Part shown: positions 12,221 through 25,495 of the stretch, in pieces
How positions within the stretch are numbered: the stretch's first letter is position 1
Layout of the letters: every line of letters starts with the position of its first letter
Assembly: GCA_963920595.1 (NCBI GenBank)
Contig: OY986950.1
Location: 682,001-746,000, forward strand
From: Eimeria praecox
Lineage: Eukaryota
Direction of reading: 5' to 3'
Length of the DNA: 64,000 bases
The notes under the pieces: generated by a model
Database searches by the model: none
The model's input: only the letters and a program-made list of their open reading frames with translations
What the model was told of the DNA's origin: nothing
Made by a program: the position numbers and the translations under genes

Positions 12221-15200
12221 AGAAGCGTGGGATGAAAGGGCCTGTGAATATAGACCCAGCCAAGGTACACTAGTTTTGAAGTTTTGCAGTCCTACCCAAT
12301 ATGAGAATGCCCAAGGGAAACATCAGCGGCCTTGGCTGTACTTTACTCCTTTGAGGAGCTAAACCGCAGAAGCCGATTTTGTTTGTTCTGTAATTACACA
12401 GCGCAAATGCTACTTACATCTTTGGCTGGAGGAGAGGGAGAAGCTTGCTCAGAAACAGGCCCAATCACTTTTAGAGGGGCGAGCGGCCCGTCGTCTACAA
12501 AACTAGACGGCTGTTGCAGGGCTCGATTAATACGCTGTGCGATAGCGTCCGGAGTCGGCCACTTGCCGCATGTTAGTTTTGAGAAAATTTGCTGCAGTGC
12601 GACACACTTGAACTCAACGGAAAACTTCAGCTGCGCCGAAGCTCTACCTGCGTGCGACTTATGTCGCCTAGTTTGCCTCTCCTAAACTGCTTAATGCTTG
12701 CTTCTACAACAAGCAAGGAAACAGAAAGGTTAAAATCCCGAAGGCAGTAAGTACGCGATTGCAACGGCGCAAGTGGATGAATTTTCAGCTCCCTCCACGT
12801 GGAATGCGTTAGCCTACAATTCTTCTGTTGATGGAGGGAATCCGTAGAAACACTTCAAAAGCCCCTAATCGGGGATACCGAAATCTACAAGTAATCCTTC
12901 CTGTTGCGTCCAGGGCATTATCTACGGGAAAAATGAACACCTTGTCTACTCTCCCCAATTAAAATAAGAAATAAGGGGCCGTTCCGTTCATTCACTATGC
13001 TATGAAGCATTTGGGGTGCTTCTGCAATTTCATGAATCGAGGTGCCAGCCCAATTTAGCTACTGCTTAGGGGATATATCAAAAACGGACAGTGCGTGTTG
13101 TTGTACGGGTCTCTGACAAGAATTATGCCATCATGCCTCCCTAAGTTTGGTTGGGGGTTCACCTGCAAGCAAAAGGAAAGCCACTTTAGAACTGCTAAGA
13201 TGTGTGGGCTTTACTGTCTGTAGGTTTTGTGTGGTGCTGTAGCGGCAAGCTGTGCGCTTTGTGTTTGGCCATTCCGTGAAGCTGGCATAAGGCTGTCACG
13301 TGGTCTCGCCTTCTGCTGTTTTGTTCAGGCTAGGCTTACAAAAACTGGTAGTTCTGACGAGACATTCTCAGAAATGCTCTGATTAACTGCGACGGAACGC
13401 CCAGCAAGCCGGTTCGAGACACTTGCCATGCTTCTGGATTCTTTAAAGAAGGCGAGGGACTACAAGTAGTCTATCAGGGGCTATTTCCAGCAATTCTCAA
13501 TACCCTGTGTAATTAGCTGGCGCTCTTATGGAAGCGCATTCCTTTTTGAGCACAGGAAACTTGTCAGCATTGCTGAGGTAGGGCTTCAGCACCCACCTTT
13601 CGAGGCATAATCCTCATACTTGCTCTCTGTATGGCGAGTATATGCTTGGTGAGCATCACACCCAATGCTGAAAAACAACACCGGTGGCAGCCTCTTTTGA
13701 AGCCGAATGCTACATCACAGCGTCCGTAAAAACTGCCCTGATTCACCCTCCAGGCACTTAGCCGAGATGTTCCTGTTTCCACTGAGGGCACGATTTGGTG
13801 TCCTTCCCCACCTCACCAGTGCTCAATTTCGACTGTAGGTTGTCCGGAGCTAGCCATCCTACCGAGGTAAGCGACTTTTGTAGCTCCCTTGGACTCTTCT
13901 GCTGGGTTCTCCAAGGCGAAAAAGCTCCACCCACTACAGGTACCATGCCAACCCCTCTATCAGCCCTCTTGACAGAACTGGAAAGCTCGAGGCGGCTTCT
14001 TTGCTCCTACCAAAGTCTATTCAGATGCATGAGGCGTCCACCGTGGCTAGCAATTTACTCTCAGGCTGCCATCCTGAAAGCGGACTCTTGGTGGGCTGAC
14101 TACTTACAAGGGTATCTACATCCACTGCTATTATGCACTGAAAAAAGCCTGCAGTATCCCTTCTGTGCATTGGGATCTTTCTCTAAGTTGAATCCTACCG
14201 CATCACTTGTGATAGCCAATCCCAAAAGCAGTTGGGAGAGTCCGCTGATGAGCCAGTGTACAAGGTACAGCAACGCCTGCGCGGCCTATTACATTATATA
14301 TGCCTATCCTGATGCAGAATGGTTCGATTGCCACAGGGCAGCATGTAAATGCCAAAAAAGAACAGCGCACTGCCCACTCCGCTCAGCGGATGGCCCATGA
14401 GCAGCTACCAACGCTAACGCAGCGACGAATTCCGTCACCTCAAGCCCAAACAAGCATTGAGGTTATCTGAGAGTGATGATTCATGCAGAATAAACGGAAT
14501 CAGGCGCGCAGTGTGCTTCTACCACGATCATGCATGCTTTGACTGCCTCAACAGCGTTTCTTTGCCTCTATTACGGCTATTTTTGATGCTTTTGGATCTA
14601 TCACTAGGGGATGAATCCATATTGGCTAGAACCTTTAACATAATATCAAACAGCTTCTGTTTTCCATGTGAGGCGGTGGAAGACCTCGTAAATTGGGGCT
14701 TGGCTTCAGCCCTTCCGTAGCCCCTTCTGCACCGCCAGCTCCGTGGCCGTTGGCTGATTGCACTGTGGAGCTCTTTATGCGTTGTCTTTTCTAGGCAGTG
14801 TGCTATAATATCTATGCCATGCTTGGCTATATATACTGAGGCACAGGGAGCGGTGAAGGGCGCTGCGAGTGTTTCTTCTTTCAACTTGAGCGGCTGCTCT
14901 GCGCCGGTTACATGTGGTACGCTCTTTGTAGAACCTTCTTTGTGGTGCTCTTCTCCGACGTCTACACTCTACTGAGCAGACCATAAGAAAGCAATTCACT
15001 TCTGCTGGGGGAGAAAACCGCAAGCCTTCGGTCTTGTGTCAGGTTGCGCGGGACGCGCGATTGCTGGCATGCGAGTCACTGCTTAGATACTTCAAATGAG
15101 GCTGTGATTCCGTATTGTACAGCTTCAGAGCCCATGGTTGGCGTCCGCGAAACTGTAGCTGTACTCACTTCAAGTTGAAGCTGGGTCATTTTTTAGATTT

Positions 15201-15476
15201 GCGCTTGCTTGAGCACGCGTTCTTCTGCTGGCAGATTTGCGCGGTGATGCTTTCGTGTGAAGGTGGCCTTGCTTTGAGCCGATTGAGAATATTCCTCTCA
15301 TCGCTCCGCACGTATCTGGTTGGCTGTCGACTGGAACACCTCAAACGCTGGTAATAACCCCGTCTGGAGACACGACCACCCCAACCTCGTGGCGTTTATG
15401 GAGCGTTGAGTTGATCCCGTGAAGTTCCTCCGTTTGTCCCTTTTAGGATTGCTGCTGTTGGCAGCCCACCTTCCTT

Positions 15477-16889
15477 ATGGGGAAAATGGAAGCTTACAAC
15501 GAATCGTGCTCTCTGGAGCCACTGGATTCTGTTAGGTTTCCGTGGCTTTTTTTGGGTGATAGAAGGGCAGCACGAAATGAACAGCTACTAAGAAGGCAGA
15601 AGATTGCGTATATTGTCAATTGCACTCCACCCTGCGGCGAGGGTGGCGTCCCCAACTTTCACGAGCGCCTGTGTATAGGATCGCGTCTTGCGTTCAGATA
15701 CTTGCGGGTTCCAGTATTCGATACACAGGCGGAGACGTTACAGCCGCACTTTGAAAATGTGTGGGAGTTTATGGAAACTTGTCGCACACGGGAGGATGGC
15801 AACCTTCTAATACACTGCAATCAAGGCGTTTCTCGGTCCGTTGCGTTCATCTGTTCATATCTGATAAAGTACGAGGGCATGTCTTCCGAGGAGGCACTGG
15901 CATTTGTCCGCCGTCGAAACCCTTTGGCTCAGCCAAACGAGTCGTTTCGCTCGCAGCTAGAAGTTCTCTACGAATCCGTGAAGAAGGAATCTCGTTCAGT
16001 TCACTCGGAGCCCCGACGGCTGCCACCAGGAGGCTGGTTGCCACCGTTTGCAACCTCCCGGAAGAGGGTTACTTCTTGTTCTCTGCCGAATGGGAGGCCT
16101 CAGCGGAAAGCCGTGCGCGTGATTGGTCCGGCGCGGCCACCAGCCACAGATAAGACCCCCCCGGTCAGTGCTACTGAGGGAGGGCATTCCTGCAGGGAAA
16201 CGAACACGCCTTCAAGCAGTTCCGCCTCCTCGCCAAGTGTGAATTCATATCCTCAGGACGTCACTGACACGGAGGCGGAGCGAGCAATTCTTGTTGATGA
16301 AGAATCCGTTAACGAAGATCAGATACAGGCTGAGCAGCCTTACGGAGAGGGCATAACTGCAGCAGGTGCAGCAAGCATAGAAAGGGATAGTTCAAATCCT
16401 ACCTCCGAGTTCAGTGTTCATTCTGTTTCAGATTCGGACGACAATGATGCAGTACCCGTCTCTCCTTCAGATGATTGTTGCGAGCAGCCAGTGGGATGCA
16501 AAGACACCCCGCTGCAGCAAGATCCTCATGCTGTTGATTCAGTCATTACCTCTCCTTGCACACAAGCTGTGCAACAGCCGGAGCATTCAGCTTGCATACA
16601 GCGGTCATACGACGACTGGGAAGCATCGGATTCCGCTGCTAGAGATGCTTCGCCTACTGAAGAAGGAAGTTGGGTTCCCGTTGTTGCAAGGCATGCGGCG
16701 GCTGCCGCTCACCGAGCGACAAAAGTTGAGGACGATGTCGGAAGACAGAAGTTGCATGCAAATGCTGCAGAGCACGCTGTGGTGCTCAGTAGCACATGCG
16801 AAACCCCCAGCTGGAACCTGCAGCCGTTTGCCGAGCCGCCAGGAAGTCGCGGAACAGCCAGCCGTGGTACAGTGCAGGCGGCTGTCTAG
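15477..16889 (+). CDS. Dual-specificity protein phosphatase (atypical DUSP) with long acidic/Ser-rich C-terminal tail, intronless
   Basis: WLFLGDRRAA, YIVNCT, general-acid RVPVFD, catalytic HCNQGVSRS (CX5R), SYLIK, VRRRNPLAQPNESFRSQL. Confidence 0.92.
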   Translation: MGKMEAYNESCSLEPLDSVRFPWLFLGDRRAARNEQLLRRQKIAYIVNCTPPCGEGGVPNFHERLCIGSRLAFRYLRVPVFDTQAETLQPHFENVWEFMETCRTREDGNLLIHCNQGVSRSVAFICSYLIKYEGMSSEEALAFVRRRNPLAQPNESFRSQLEVLYESVKKESRSVHSEPRRLPPGGWLPPFATSRKRVTSCSLPNGRPQRKAVRVIGPARPPATDKTPPVSATEGGHSCRETNTPSSSSASSPSVNSYPQDVTDTEAERAILVDEESVNEDQIQAEQPYGEGITAAGAASIERDSSNPTSEFSVHSVSDSDDNDAVPVSPSDDCCEQPVGCKDTPLQQDPHAVDSVITSPCTQAVQQPEHSACIQRSYDDWEASDSAARDASPTEEGSWVPVVARHAAAAAHRATKVEDDVGRQKLHANAAEHAVVLSSTCETPSWNLQPFAEPPGSRGTASRGTVQAAV

Positions 16890-17670
16890 AGAGTGCTGTG
16901 AGATTGCCTCCGTGTGCCAGTTGAATTTGTGGACATGCACAGGGTAGGTGCAAAACAAGTGGTGCTTGAAGCCGGCGATCAGGTTGCTCCATACGTGCAT
17001 TGGGCAGCCCAGTTCTCCCAGTTGGCGGACGTGATGCGGGGGGGGTGCGGCTGCTGGGGGGTGGGGCATCCGTGCATGCTGCCTCGTGATCCACTCACGC
17101 GGTTGTAGCAGTGCCCGACCAAGTATTTTCTTGCGGTATGAGTCTATATAACCGTGGCATGCTTTAGGCTTTTGCTCCATCTCAAATCTCGTCATTTTAC
17201 TGATCAGTACGCGTCTAAGATATTTTCCCTCCAGGGTTGTGTGGCTGGTACCAACACTGATGCACTACCATTGACTCAACCTACGCATTTCTGTCCCATC
17301 TGGACCACCTAGAACAAGGCACTTCTACATGTTTAGCGAGCCTTCTCAGTTAGAGCCGCCCAACGGAGTGTTTGGCGATGAAAGAGCGTCTCGAGTTAAA
17401 GCACTTTACATCCAGCGGCTCCAGCTTTCCACTCTGGGAACTGCTGTTCAGCCGCACTGGACAGGGTACACCAGTGCTTGTATGCACCAGTGCATTGGCC
17501 GAGGAGTAAAAGTTACTCAGCCGTAGGGTATATACGTAGTCAGACCACGCCTGCACAGGTATTAACATATTTGACGCTGCTGGGAAGCAATGCGCATACC
17601 GTGAAGCTCGCACTGACTTAAGGGGAATGGGAGCTGCTGCTTCACCGGAGTCGCTACTGTTCAGCATTTT

Positions 17671-19015
17671 CTACTGCGCCTCCGCCTGCTGCTCCTGGGC
17701 GCGCTTCATGAGGACTTCCACCTCCTTGGCAGGTAGCGACCGCTGCTCGAGAACAGTGGGATCCTGGGGGTCAAATTGTAGAACCGCGATTTCAAGTTTA
17801 TCTGCCCTTGGCGCTGCCGTGTCCATTGTCTTGTTGAGAACTTTGGCTGCTAAATCAAGCGCCGCGGCGACGTCCATATCATCTCGCAATTCCTGCGTCA
17901 AGTAGCGAACAGCAAGAACAGCGAGTAATCACAAACTCAAACCAGGGCAGCACAATATGAGGGGTAGCATAACATAGAGATGCCCCTCCCGCTCCGCACA
18001 AAACTGAGGGGGGAGGCAGAAGAAGTCACACCACCAAGCAGCTGCACGAAACAAACCCTCAAAGCTTCATTGGGCACACCTGTTTCAGGATAGTCTGTGC
18101 TGATTGGTTGTTGACGCCAATAGCGGTTGCCTTCCATCCGGAGTAGTTGCCTGACGGGTCGGTGTGATATAGCTGGAAGCCGTAATGCTTGTCCCAGCCA
18201 GCAAACAGGAAGCTAACACCGAACGGGCGCAGGCCACCAAATTGTGTGTATGACTGCAAACAAAGCATTCTACGCCACCAGGAAATGCCTGTCGCCAGCG
18301 AGTGATAACAACCCAGCCACAGTCGAGGTTCCTAATACACCTGCTTTTGGCTGTGCATTCCAATCCTCCTCGCACTAAGCGCCACGGAGTATATGGCCCC
18401 ATGCTTACTTGCTTGATGTCGCATAGCTGTACGACGAGCTGCTCGATTGGCTGCGGTTCCCCATACTGGTACAGAAAGCGTTGAGCGTTAACTCTCGCCT
18501 GATTAATCAGGATGTTTGCGTCAGCTGTTAAGCCCGCCACCGCGCACATCACGTGGTTGTCGACCTGAAAAGATCAATGAAAGTGCCAGTTGCCTGTGCG
18601 CCGCTGCCTTGTAGCCTGCTACTGCAAATTCGCATAGGTCCGTCGCTCCGAAAGGGAAACTAAATCTATTCTACAGCACCACAACTTGTTATCAGATGAA
18701 GCAATCGCACTTCATTTCCTGCCTCGCTAATAACTAGAGGCCAGAATGGCTAAACGACGCAGAAACTTGGCTAGCTGCAGCAGCAAGTCCTTCGGGATCA
18801 TTCGAATGCCTCACCTTGTATAGCTTTTCCTTGGCCCTTTCATGATCAAGCAACTTCGAAGTCACCATCTTGTCAGCAGCTAAGACAACTCCATCCTTTG
18901 CCAGGATGCCTAATGTGGAGGAGGCATTGTTGATAGCCTCCAGAGCGTACTCTACCTGGTAAAGTCTCCCTTCGGGAGAGAAGGTGGTTGTGCGCGAGTC
19001 GTACCGGCGCGACAT
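17671..19015 (-). CDS. PSMA4: 20S proteasome subunit alpha-3 (alpha type-4, Pre9 orthologue); exons 19015-18815, 18564-18409, 18253-18080, 17892-17671
   Basis: [74 protein letters not shown]; in-phase GT-AG introns. Confidence 0.96.
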
Positions 19016-21354
19016 TCTAGAGGTGCCTAGTGTTCCACAGGTATTCTACGCGTTCTTCCTGGAAAGACCTAAACACTCACCAAGCAAAAACAATGGCCTT
19101 AGCTTTCGGTCAGATGTCTTCTCCAGCTGTGAAATAAATTTGCCCGGATAAATTCATCCGAACGGCATGTCTCAGCTGTGTTACACTTAGTGTGCGTAGA
19201 AATCTCTGATGGCGTGGCCCCTTGTAAAGCCGCATTCAGAATGGAGTACGTTCCAACGCAACGCTGAGAATGTGAACCCCGCCATGCCCACCCCATCCGT
19301 ACGCTAATAATCCATGTAATTCCATTTCCTTTAATGTGAGGAGAAAACGGACCTTCTGCAAGCTCGTAAGGGACTTGTTCAACACCGAATAGTTGAGGGA
19401 TGGCTATGCCTTGCACTGCTGGCTGAGGCTAAATTCAGCAGTTCTGCGAGCAGTGGTGGGGCAGTCAGCTGCCGCATGGCGACTGCAAAAAATGGAACAT
19501 AAAAAGAAATAGCTAATATATTCCATAAATCCCAGACATCCCCTAACACGCACCAGGTGCATGCAGTCGAGTGACTGGCCAGGCATGCAGCCAACCAGCA
19601 GTGAGCACAGTGTGCAGTGCAGAGCTCTTCAGTGGAACACGCAAACTGCCTTAGGAAGCAGTACGAAGACACTGAAATACATCTAGATTGTAGTTGTGAT
19701 ATAATGAGTGGCATAATGCAGCATAATAAGTGAGACGACTTGGCACAATGAAGAGAAAAGTTCGCTGATGGCTACCTATGTATCATGGTCTGCGTTATGT
19801 TGACACTTGTATCTATGCTAGTTCGTGGCTAACTCAGGAGAACCACGTGAGTGTTTAACAGCTGTATACACTACTGTCTACAATGCCAGCGCATGCAGGA
19901 AATGGGGATGCGTTGCGCGCGCACAGGGAACTGCCTAGCAGCACTGCTTGCAGGGAAGTACGTTGCAGGTAGAAATGGGCCAGCCAGTGTCCGCACCAAC
20001 CGAGTCGCTTTGAGCTGTTGTGATCAGCAGTAGGGGGGGCTAGAGGGGAGCTCAGCTGCTTTGGGGGGACTATTTGGTCCTTGCAGCTTGCGGCAGTCCT
20101 TATCTAAGGTCGAGGACCCTCGCCACAGCCAGTGTTGCCTGATCTGGCTGAATCTGTTAATTAGACTTAACTTGAGTGGAACCTGGCCGTTGAGGGCCAA
20201 ATGAGTGTTTAAAAACTGAGTAGAGTGTTACGGAGTGAAGGGGAGGGCGTTTGGTTACGTTTGCTCCCTTGATTACCTTCAAGCATGTAGCACTGAAACG
20301 AGGTGTTGAGGGTCCTCGATATTCGTTGAAGGCCATCGCAAGCTGAAGTATAGGCAGGGACTTGAAGCAAGGGCCCGCCCCCCCTAAATCAGGTTGCTTC
20401 CTCTCCTATATCCAGGCGTCCTAGACACAATGAGCTTCGCTGGTGGGGAGACTAACAGCGTATCGAGGGTTCTCCATACGTAGATGAGGGCTACTGTGAG
20501 TTGCAAGAGTCAAAGGCTTAACAAAAAAATTCCTAAAAGGCAGCTCACCCCCTCTGGACACGGTGGACACATCAGCCCAAGACATTGATTGGGATTGATG
20601 AGGAGAAGCGTTGGACCCTCATGAGATGCAACGCACCTTGCTGGAGCTAGTGCGTCAAAGAATCCCAGCGTCTAAGTACATCCAATCCCCTTTTCGCTGC
20701 ATGCGGTAGCATTGTGGACTGCAGTGTTAGTGCATCGGACAAAGTAATGCACTTGCATGGCCCTTAGTAGGGGGCATCCACACAAGTAGAAGTGCTTTTA
20801 GCGACTTCGGAGGAGCTATGCTGCATCTGGCCCTTTTTTTCTCCCCAGAAGAGCACTTTGTCGTGTGTGTGGTCTCCCTGCATGGTTGCTTGACAGGGGA
20901 GCAGCCTCCTGCAGCACATGCTGCTGCTGCAACGCATTGCATTGCATGCTGGGCTGCTCTTGCTGTTCTCTTTTCACTTGGCTTGGTCGTCTTGCTGCTG
21001 CTCTTTTTCCTTAGGTGCTGCTTGCTATTTCTGCCGCCTTCTTTGCTGTGGGCTTGTAGCATCGGCTGTTGATACTGTTGCTGTGGCAGGGAGCGCAATA
21101 AAAAAGAATAGGCCCCTTATAGGCACAAATGCAAATAAAAATAGATAAATAGAACAACAAGAAGATGGAAGGCAGAAAATACATACTTATTTATTAAAGA
21201 AACGTAAATGGAACACATTTTGCCTGGGAAAGGCCTGCTGCTGTTGTCACTTCTGACGGTCCCTGCTGCTTGATGCAAAATCAACCAGTGCGCATGGAAC
21301 TCCAGCGGAAGTTCTGGCCTCAATCTGCTGATACTTTGGGAGCTGCAGGCTGTA

Positions 21355-21717
21355 CTAAGTGACTCGTGGTTCTGATGCTCCTGCTGCTGCTCCTGAGGTG
21401 CTGCTGTCGCTTCTGCTGTTTTTCGTGTAGCTGTTGCTGTCGCATTGCCGCTGTCTCCCTAAGCCAAGCAGTCAACAATGCTCCGCGTGCGCAGGGATCA
21501 GCGTCCCCTGCTTAAAAGAGCAACGGCAGAACAGTCTTACACAGCAAAGGCAGAGCCGAGACCACCGCAACAGCCACGCTGGTGATAGATACCCTGGATA
21601 TGCTTGACAGTGAAATCGTACTGCGCTACCCCGGAAAACCACCGCATACTTCATCAATTGCCATAGTGTAAAGGACTCTTCACTAGATATGCTAGGGCTC
21701 GAAGAACTATCTGCCAT
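21355..21717 (-). CDS. Possible 74-aa single-pass membrane microprotein; exons 21717-21650, 21593-21541, 21458-21355
   Basis: Donors GTATGC and GTAAGA with CAG/TAG acceptors join in phase to give MADSSSSPSISSEESFTLWQLMKVSITSVAVAVVSALPLLWRQRQ...EPRVT*. No homology recognised. Confidence 0.3.
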
Positions 21718-22007
21718 ATTGGCTACGTCGGAACTTTTTTCCTCCGACCTTACCGCGTAGAGAGAAATAATATGAATAGCAGGTGATTATTTGATGCTAG
21801 CATGCGATTATTTGGGCTCATTCGAATTGTTGCATTGTTGAAACACCACCAGTTGAACTGGTGCGCCGCTTGCTTAGACTGTTAGAAAGAAGGTTTGTCG
21901 AAATCAGGGGCTGTGGCCACGGCTAACGATGTCAGATGTCCGATGGGGTTCGTGGGGGCTCTTCTTCGGTCTTGCCAATTCAGTTGTTTGAGCCTTATGC
22001 AGATCAG

Positions 22008-23071
22008 TCAGAGGGGCGCAATGGCAGCGAATCCAGGGCTGAAATTGCGATAGTGCCATGCGTGGGCGGGTGGCTTTTGAACGTCCGTCCTAATGTGCAG
22101 GGAGGGGTAGCGGCCAAGTTTAGATGGATTCTATGCTCACTGGAACTGGCTCGACTCCTGCTGCGGATACTGCCAGTGCTCAAAAATATCCTGACTGAAG
22201 AGAGGCTGTCTTCCATGCATATTACCGTCCATCGCTCGTCGGTGGGCCCCCCAAAAGCCCTGATTGGCCTGCTGCCGCAGTTCGACCTGTGCTTTCTCCA
22301 GCCCCAAACGTATGCAAGCTTACCCTCGTTTACTAGTGTAGATATCGAAGGCAGCCTTGCCTGCCGCGTTGGCATGTTCTGGTCTGCAGAAAAGCGTCAA
22401 CGGGGTCAAACGATAAACATGACAAACCCTCCGACCGCCCATGCAATCTGTAGATTAGGGGAGCCAGGAGCTTTTGTTTCACCGTGGGTTTGCTGAGGGG
22501 CTTCAGGTCGGCGCATGTGCCTCGCTTCCCGTCAGCACCGGATTGCTGCCCAAACGCACTGGCTGGCTGCTAATTTTTGCCTTTGTTGGGCAGCCTGCCT
22601 TATTTTCGGTAGTTTTTTTTTATCTATGAGCAGTTCTCCTGTTACTCGGGAGTTAAAGGACTTGACCCACTTTGCACCAATTTCCTCGTCGTTTCCTGCA
22701 GAATCTGCAAAGCCTCCCTGCTCATCCCTCCTGAAAACTCTGATCTCACTGGTCTTACTGCAGAGGAAGCAAACGCGCTAAAGAGTACGGCGAGGCGAAC
22801 TCTCTCATTGGTTCTCGCCACATAAACCTCAATTGTCTTGTGGAGGCTGCATGCGGGCCATCCACTGAGCTTCAAATGACAGGGGTCTTATCGTGGTGAA
22901 CTGATTGAGCATAAAGCCATGCATCATGGTAAGGCCACCCACCGTTGAAGCTAGCTCGCGCTTTATGCACATGGCTTTACCAACTCTTGTATTCTGTTTC
23001 GCATCCACAAAGAGTAGTCGCACAGACAATCCCAGCAAAAGAACAAGGACCAGGAGGTTGTACTTCCTCAT
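22008..23071 (-). CDS. Hypothetical 173-aa secreted protein; exons 23071-22981, 22864-22828, 22757-22560, 22383-22324, 22194-22141, 22089-22008
   Basis: N-terminal signal-peptide-like MRKYNLLVLVLLLGLSVRLLFVDA. Five GT-AG introns (donors GTAAAG, GTTTAT, GTGCGT, GTAAGC, GTGAGC) are all phase-consistent, giving a 522-nt stop-free frame ending HYRNFSPGFAAIAPL*. Confidence 0.55.
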
Positions 23072-24599
23072 CCTAACTTAATATATCAGATCCACTTCGC
23101 AGCCCATGTCATGTAGCCCTAGCAAGCGCTGACCACTAATACGGGAATAACCACAAGGTGGGCTCGGTGAGGAACTGCAGATGCGGCTGCACCCTCTTCC
23201 ATCCGCAGCATGGCATCACGTGCTGCATGGCAGCCAGTGCGTTCCCCTGGTCGCTCTTCCTGTTTCCCTTGTAACGCTTCCCAAAGCCTTGCTTACTCAG
23301 TTCCGTTGCACTTTTCTATATCCTGGAATACTGAACGGTAAAACACCTAGTAACGATGGTCATAGCAAGTCCAGCTTTCAACGTGCGCTTTGGAATCGAA
23401 AGTACAACTCCAGGAAGCCACTGCCCCTGCTTCACGGCAATCGTCATACGGGGAACGTCTGCTAACACTTTGGTATTCTGCGTGAGTTGTCTTCACTACT
23501 AAGACATCTGCACCTGGATAGTTCGTTGGTATTGTGCTTGTTTCAATGTGAGAAGGTGCCCAGCTCTTAGACACCTACCCACCAGAACGCGCGCACGTTC
23601 CTGATCATACCAGAAAGCCATTAAAAAAAGACTAATGTGGTGGCGGAAAAAAAACGGGAGATTTGTTTTTCCATGCGACGCTACACTAGTCCTTGCGATG
23701 GAGACAGCTGCCCAGCTGCATCCATTGAATTCAATGCTTTCACCTACCCCAAAGAACTGTACGGTGCTACCAAGCGTACCGAGGGCTCTCAAACTGAGGC
23801 CGCAGGCGTGCCGCAAAAGTGCCTAAGCCTTGAAGAAAGAATTCCCCAAAACAACTGACCTCTCCTCTACCCTACAGCATTCATGGCATATCATGCCAAG
23901 CGCACTGGGCTGGTGCCTAGAGGCGCAAGCTTGTTCCGGGTTTCAACACGCCTTGCTTTAACAAATGTTGCAAGCCTGCCTCGCGCGTATGCACGACCGA
24001 TCCCCCCTCCGCTGCATGCGCTATCATACTATAATGCAGTGTATGCAGTTGTTAAACACTTACTTGGCTCCCCACAGTCAGCCTACGAGCAAGTAAAGGT
24101 GCGCGCATCAACATCTTACCCCATGCTAAGAAATTCCTACGGCCGCTACGAACGGATAGACCATAGACCCATGGAGCACAAGTTGGGGCTGCCTCCGCAA
24201 TTCTTACTTCCCATTTCGACTAGAGCTGATCCGTGTAGAAGTCTAAAACACAGGATATATTCTGGCGCAGTTGATACGACTACGTCATGCACGGAGAAGC
24301 TCGCCGGTTCGTTTTGGCATTCCTTGCATCTTTCCATTAGCATTGAGCTTAGCATGAGCATATTGCAGCCAAGTCCCTACTATTTCTGGAAAATATCAAT
24401 GGAGACAACAGCAGAAGGCCATTTCTGGCCCTTCCTGGAAAAGAGGGCTGCGGGGGTTCGCGCGTAGTAGATAGGGGAGCATGTGGGGCGCAGCGTATTT
24501 CTGCCAAGGGCAACAAGGACGAGTTAATCCTCTCCCTACCACTATAATCTGTATAGCGAATTTATATAATTCGGATATACTGCTTCATACTTGGAGCAG

Positions 24600-25430
24600 G
24601 CTGCGCTACTGCAGCACAGCACTGCCTTGATGCTGCGGCTGCTGCAGAGTAGGCAGAGCAGCTGCGGCCGCCGCTGCTGTTGCAGCGGCTGCTGCAGCTG
24701 CTGTGACTAAGGCGCACCAGGCTGAGCAGCAGCAACAACAGCAACAGCAGCTCATAGGGCGAGGAAAGGCAATTAAATTCACTTTGTGGCGGCTCCGGCC
24801 TGCTAGACTAGCTCCCCCTCCCCTCTCCAGCTTTGGGTCTGCTGCGGCGGCAGCGGCGGCAGCAGCAGCAGAAGCTTGGCCGGACAAGAAGTTGATTTTG
24901 TTGCACCTAAATCTATTAGCAGGAGCAACAGGGACCACATTGCTCACGGCAGTTGTACAGTCGCTGAAGCGGTTCCTGCGCCGCCGCTGCTGCTGCTGCT
25001 CTTGTTGCTCGGCCCGGCCTGCCTGCGCCCGGATTGTTGCTGCTGCTGGCATTCCCTGGTATGGCAGACCTGGATGCGTTCCAGCTCTTGGCGCAGCAGC
25101 ATCAGCAACAACGAGAACAGCAACGCGTGCACACTGTACCCAAACTGTGTGGATATCTCTTGCTTGTCACCCCTTACGAGCCAGACATCTCACATACGAA
25201 TCACAAGGTTTCCTTCCTGAGCAGCAGCAGGAGCTGCTGGCATCCTTTCAACCAGAGCAGCAGCAACTGCTGCTGCTCAGCGGCAGCAACAAACGACACG
25301 GAGTGCTTCTGTGGCCATCCGCATGAAGCCTTAGGTTCATCTTTGCTTCTAAGCCAGGAGCACCGCTGAGAGAGCTGCGGTGGCACTGCTGCAGCAGCAG
25401 CAGCGGCACCAGCAGCAGCAGCAAAAGCAC
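24600..25430. repeat. CAG/CTG-rich trinucleotide tracts upstream of importin-beta
   Basis: Many short imperfect (CAG)n/(CTG)n/(GCG)n runs, e.g. 24726-24750, 24841-24870, 24986-25000, 25388-25422. Confidence 0.8.
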
Positions 25431-25495
25431 CTGCTCAAACGTTCATCCTTCACCTGCACGTTTCTTCCAACATTTGACGTTCAGGATCTGCAGAA

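Noticed and set aside
10793..12362. Antisense ORFs rich in Phe/Ser opposite the Lys-rich gene, and similar shadow ORFs throughout the window
   Set aside because: Reverse-complement shadows of real coding sequence.
23880..24361. CKECQNEP zinc-finger-like and LLKQGVLKPG RAMA-like peptides on the minus strand
   Set aside because: No phase-consistent exon chain could be built, and the motifs are too short to support a call.
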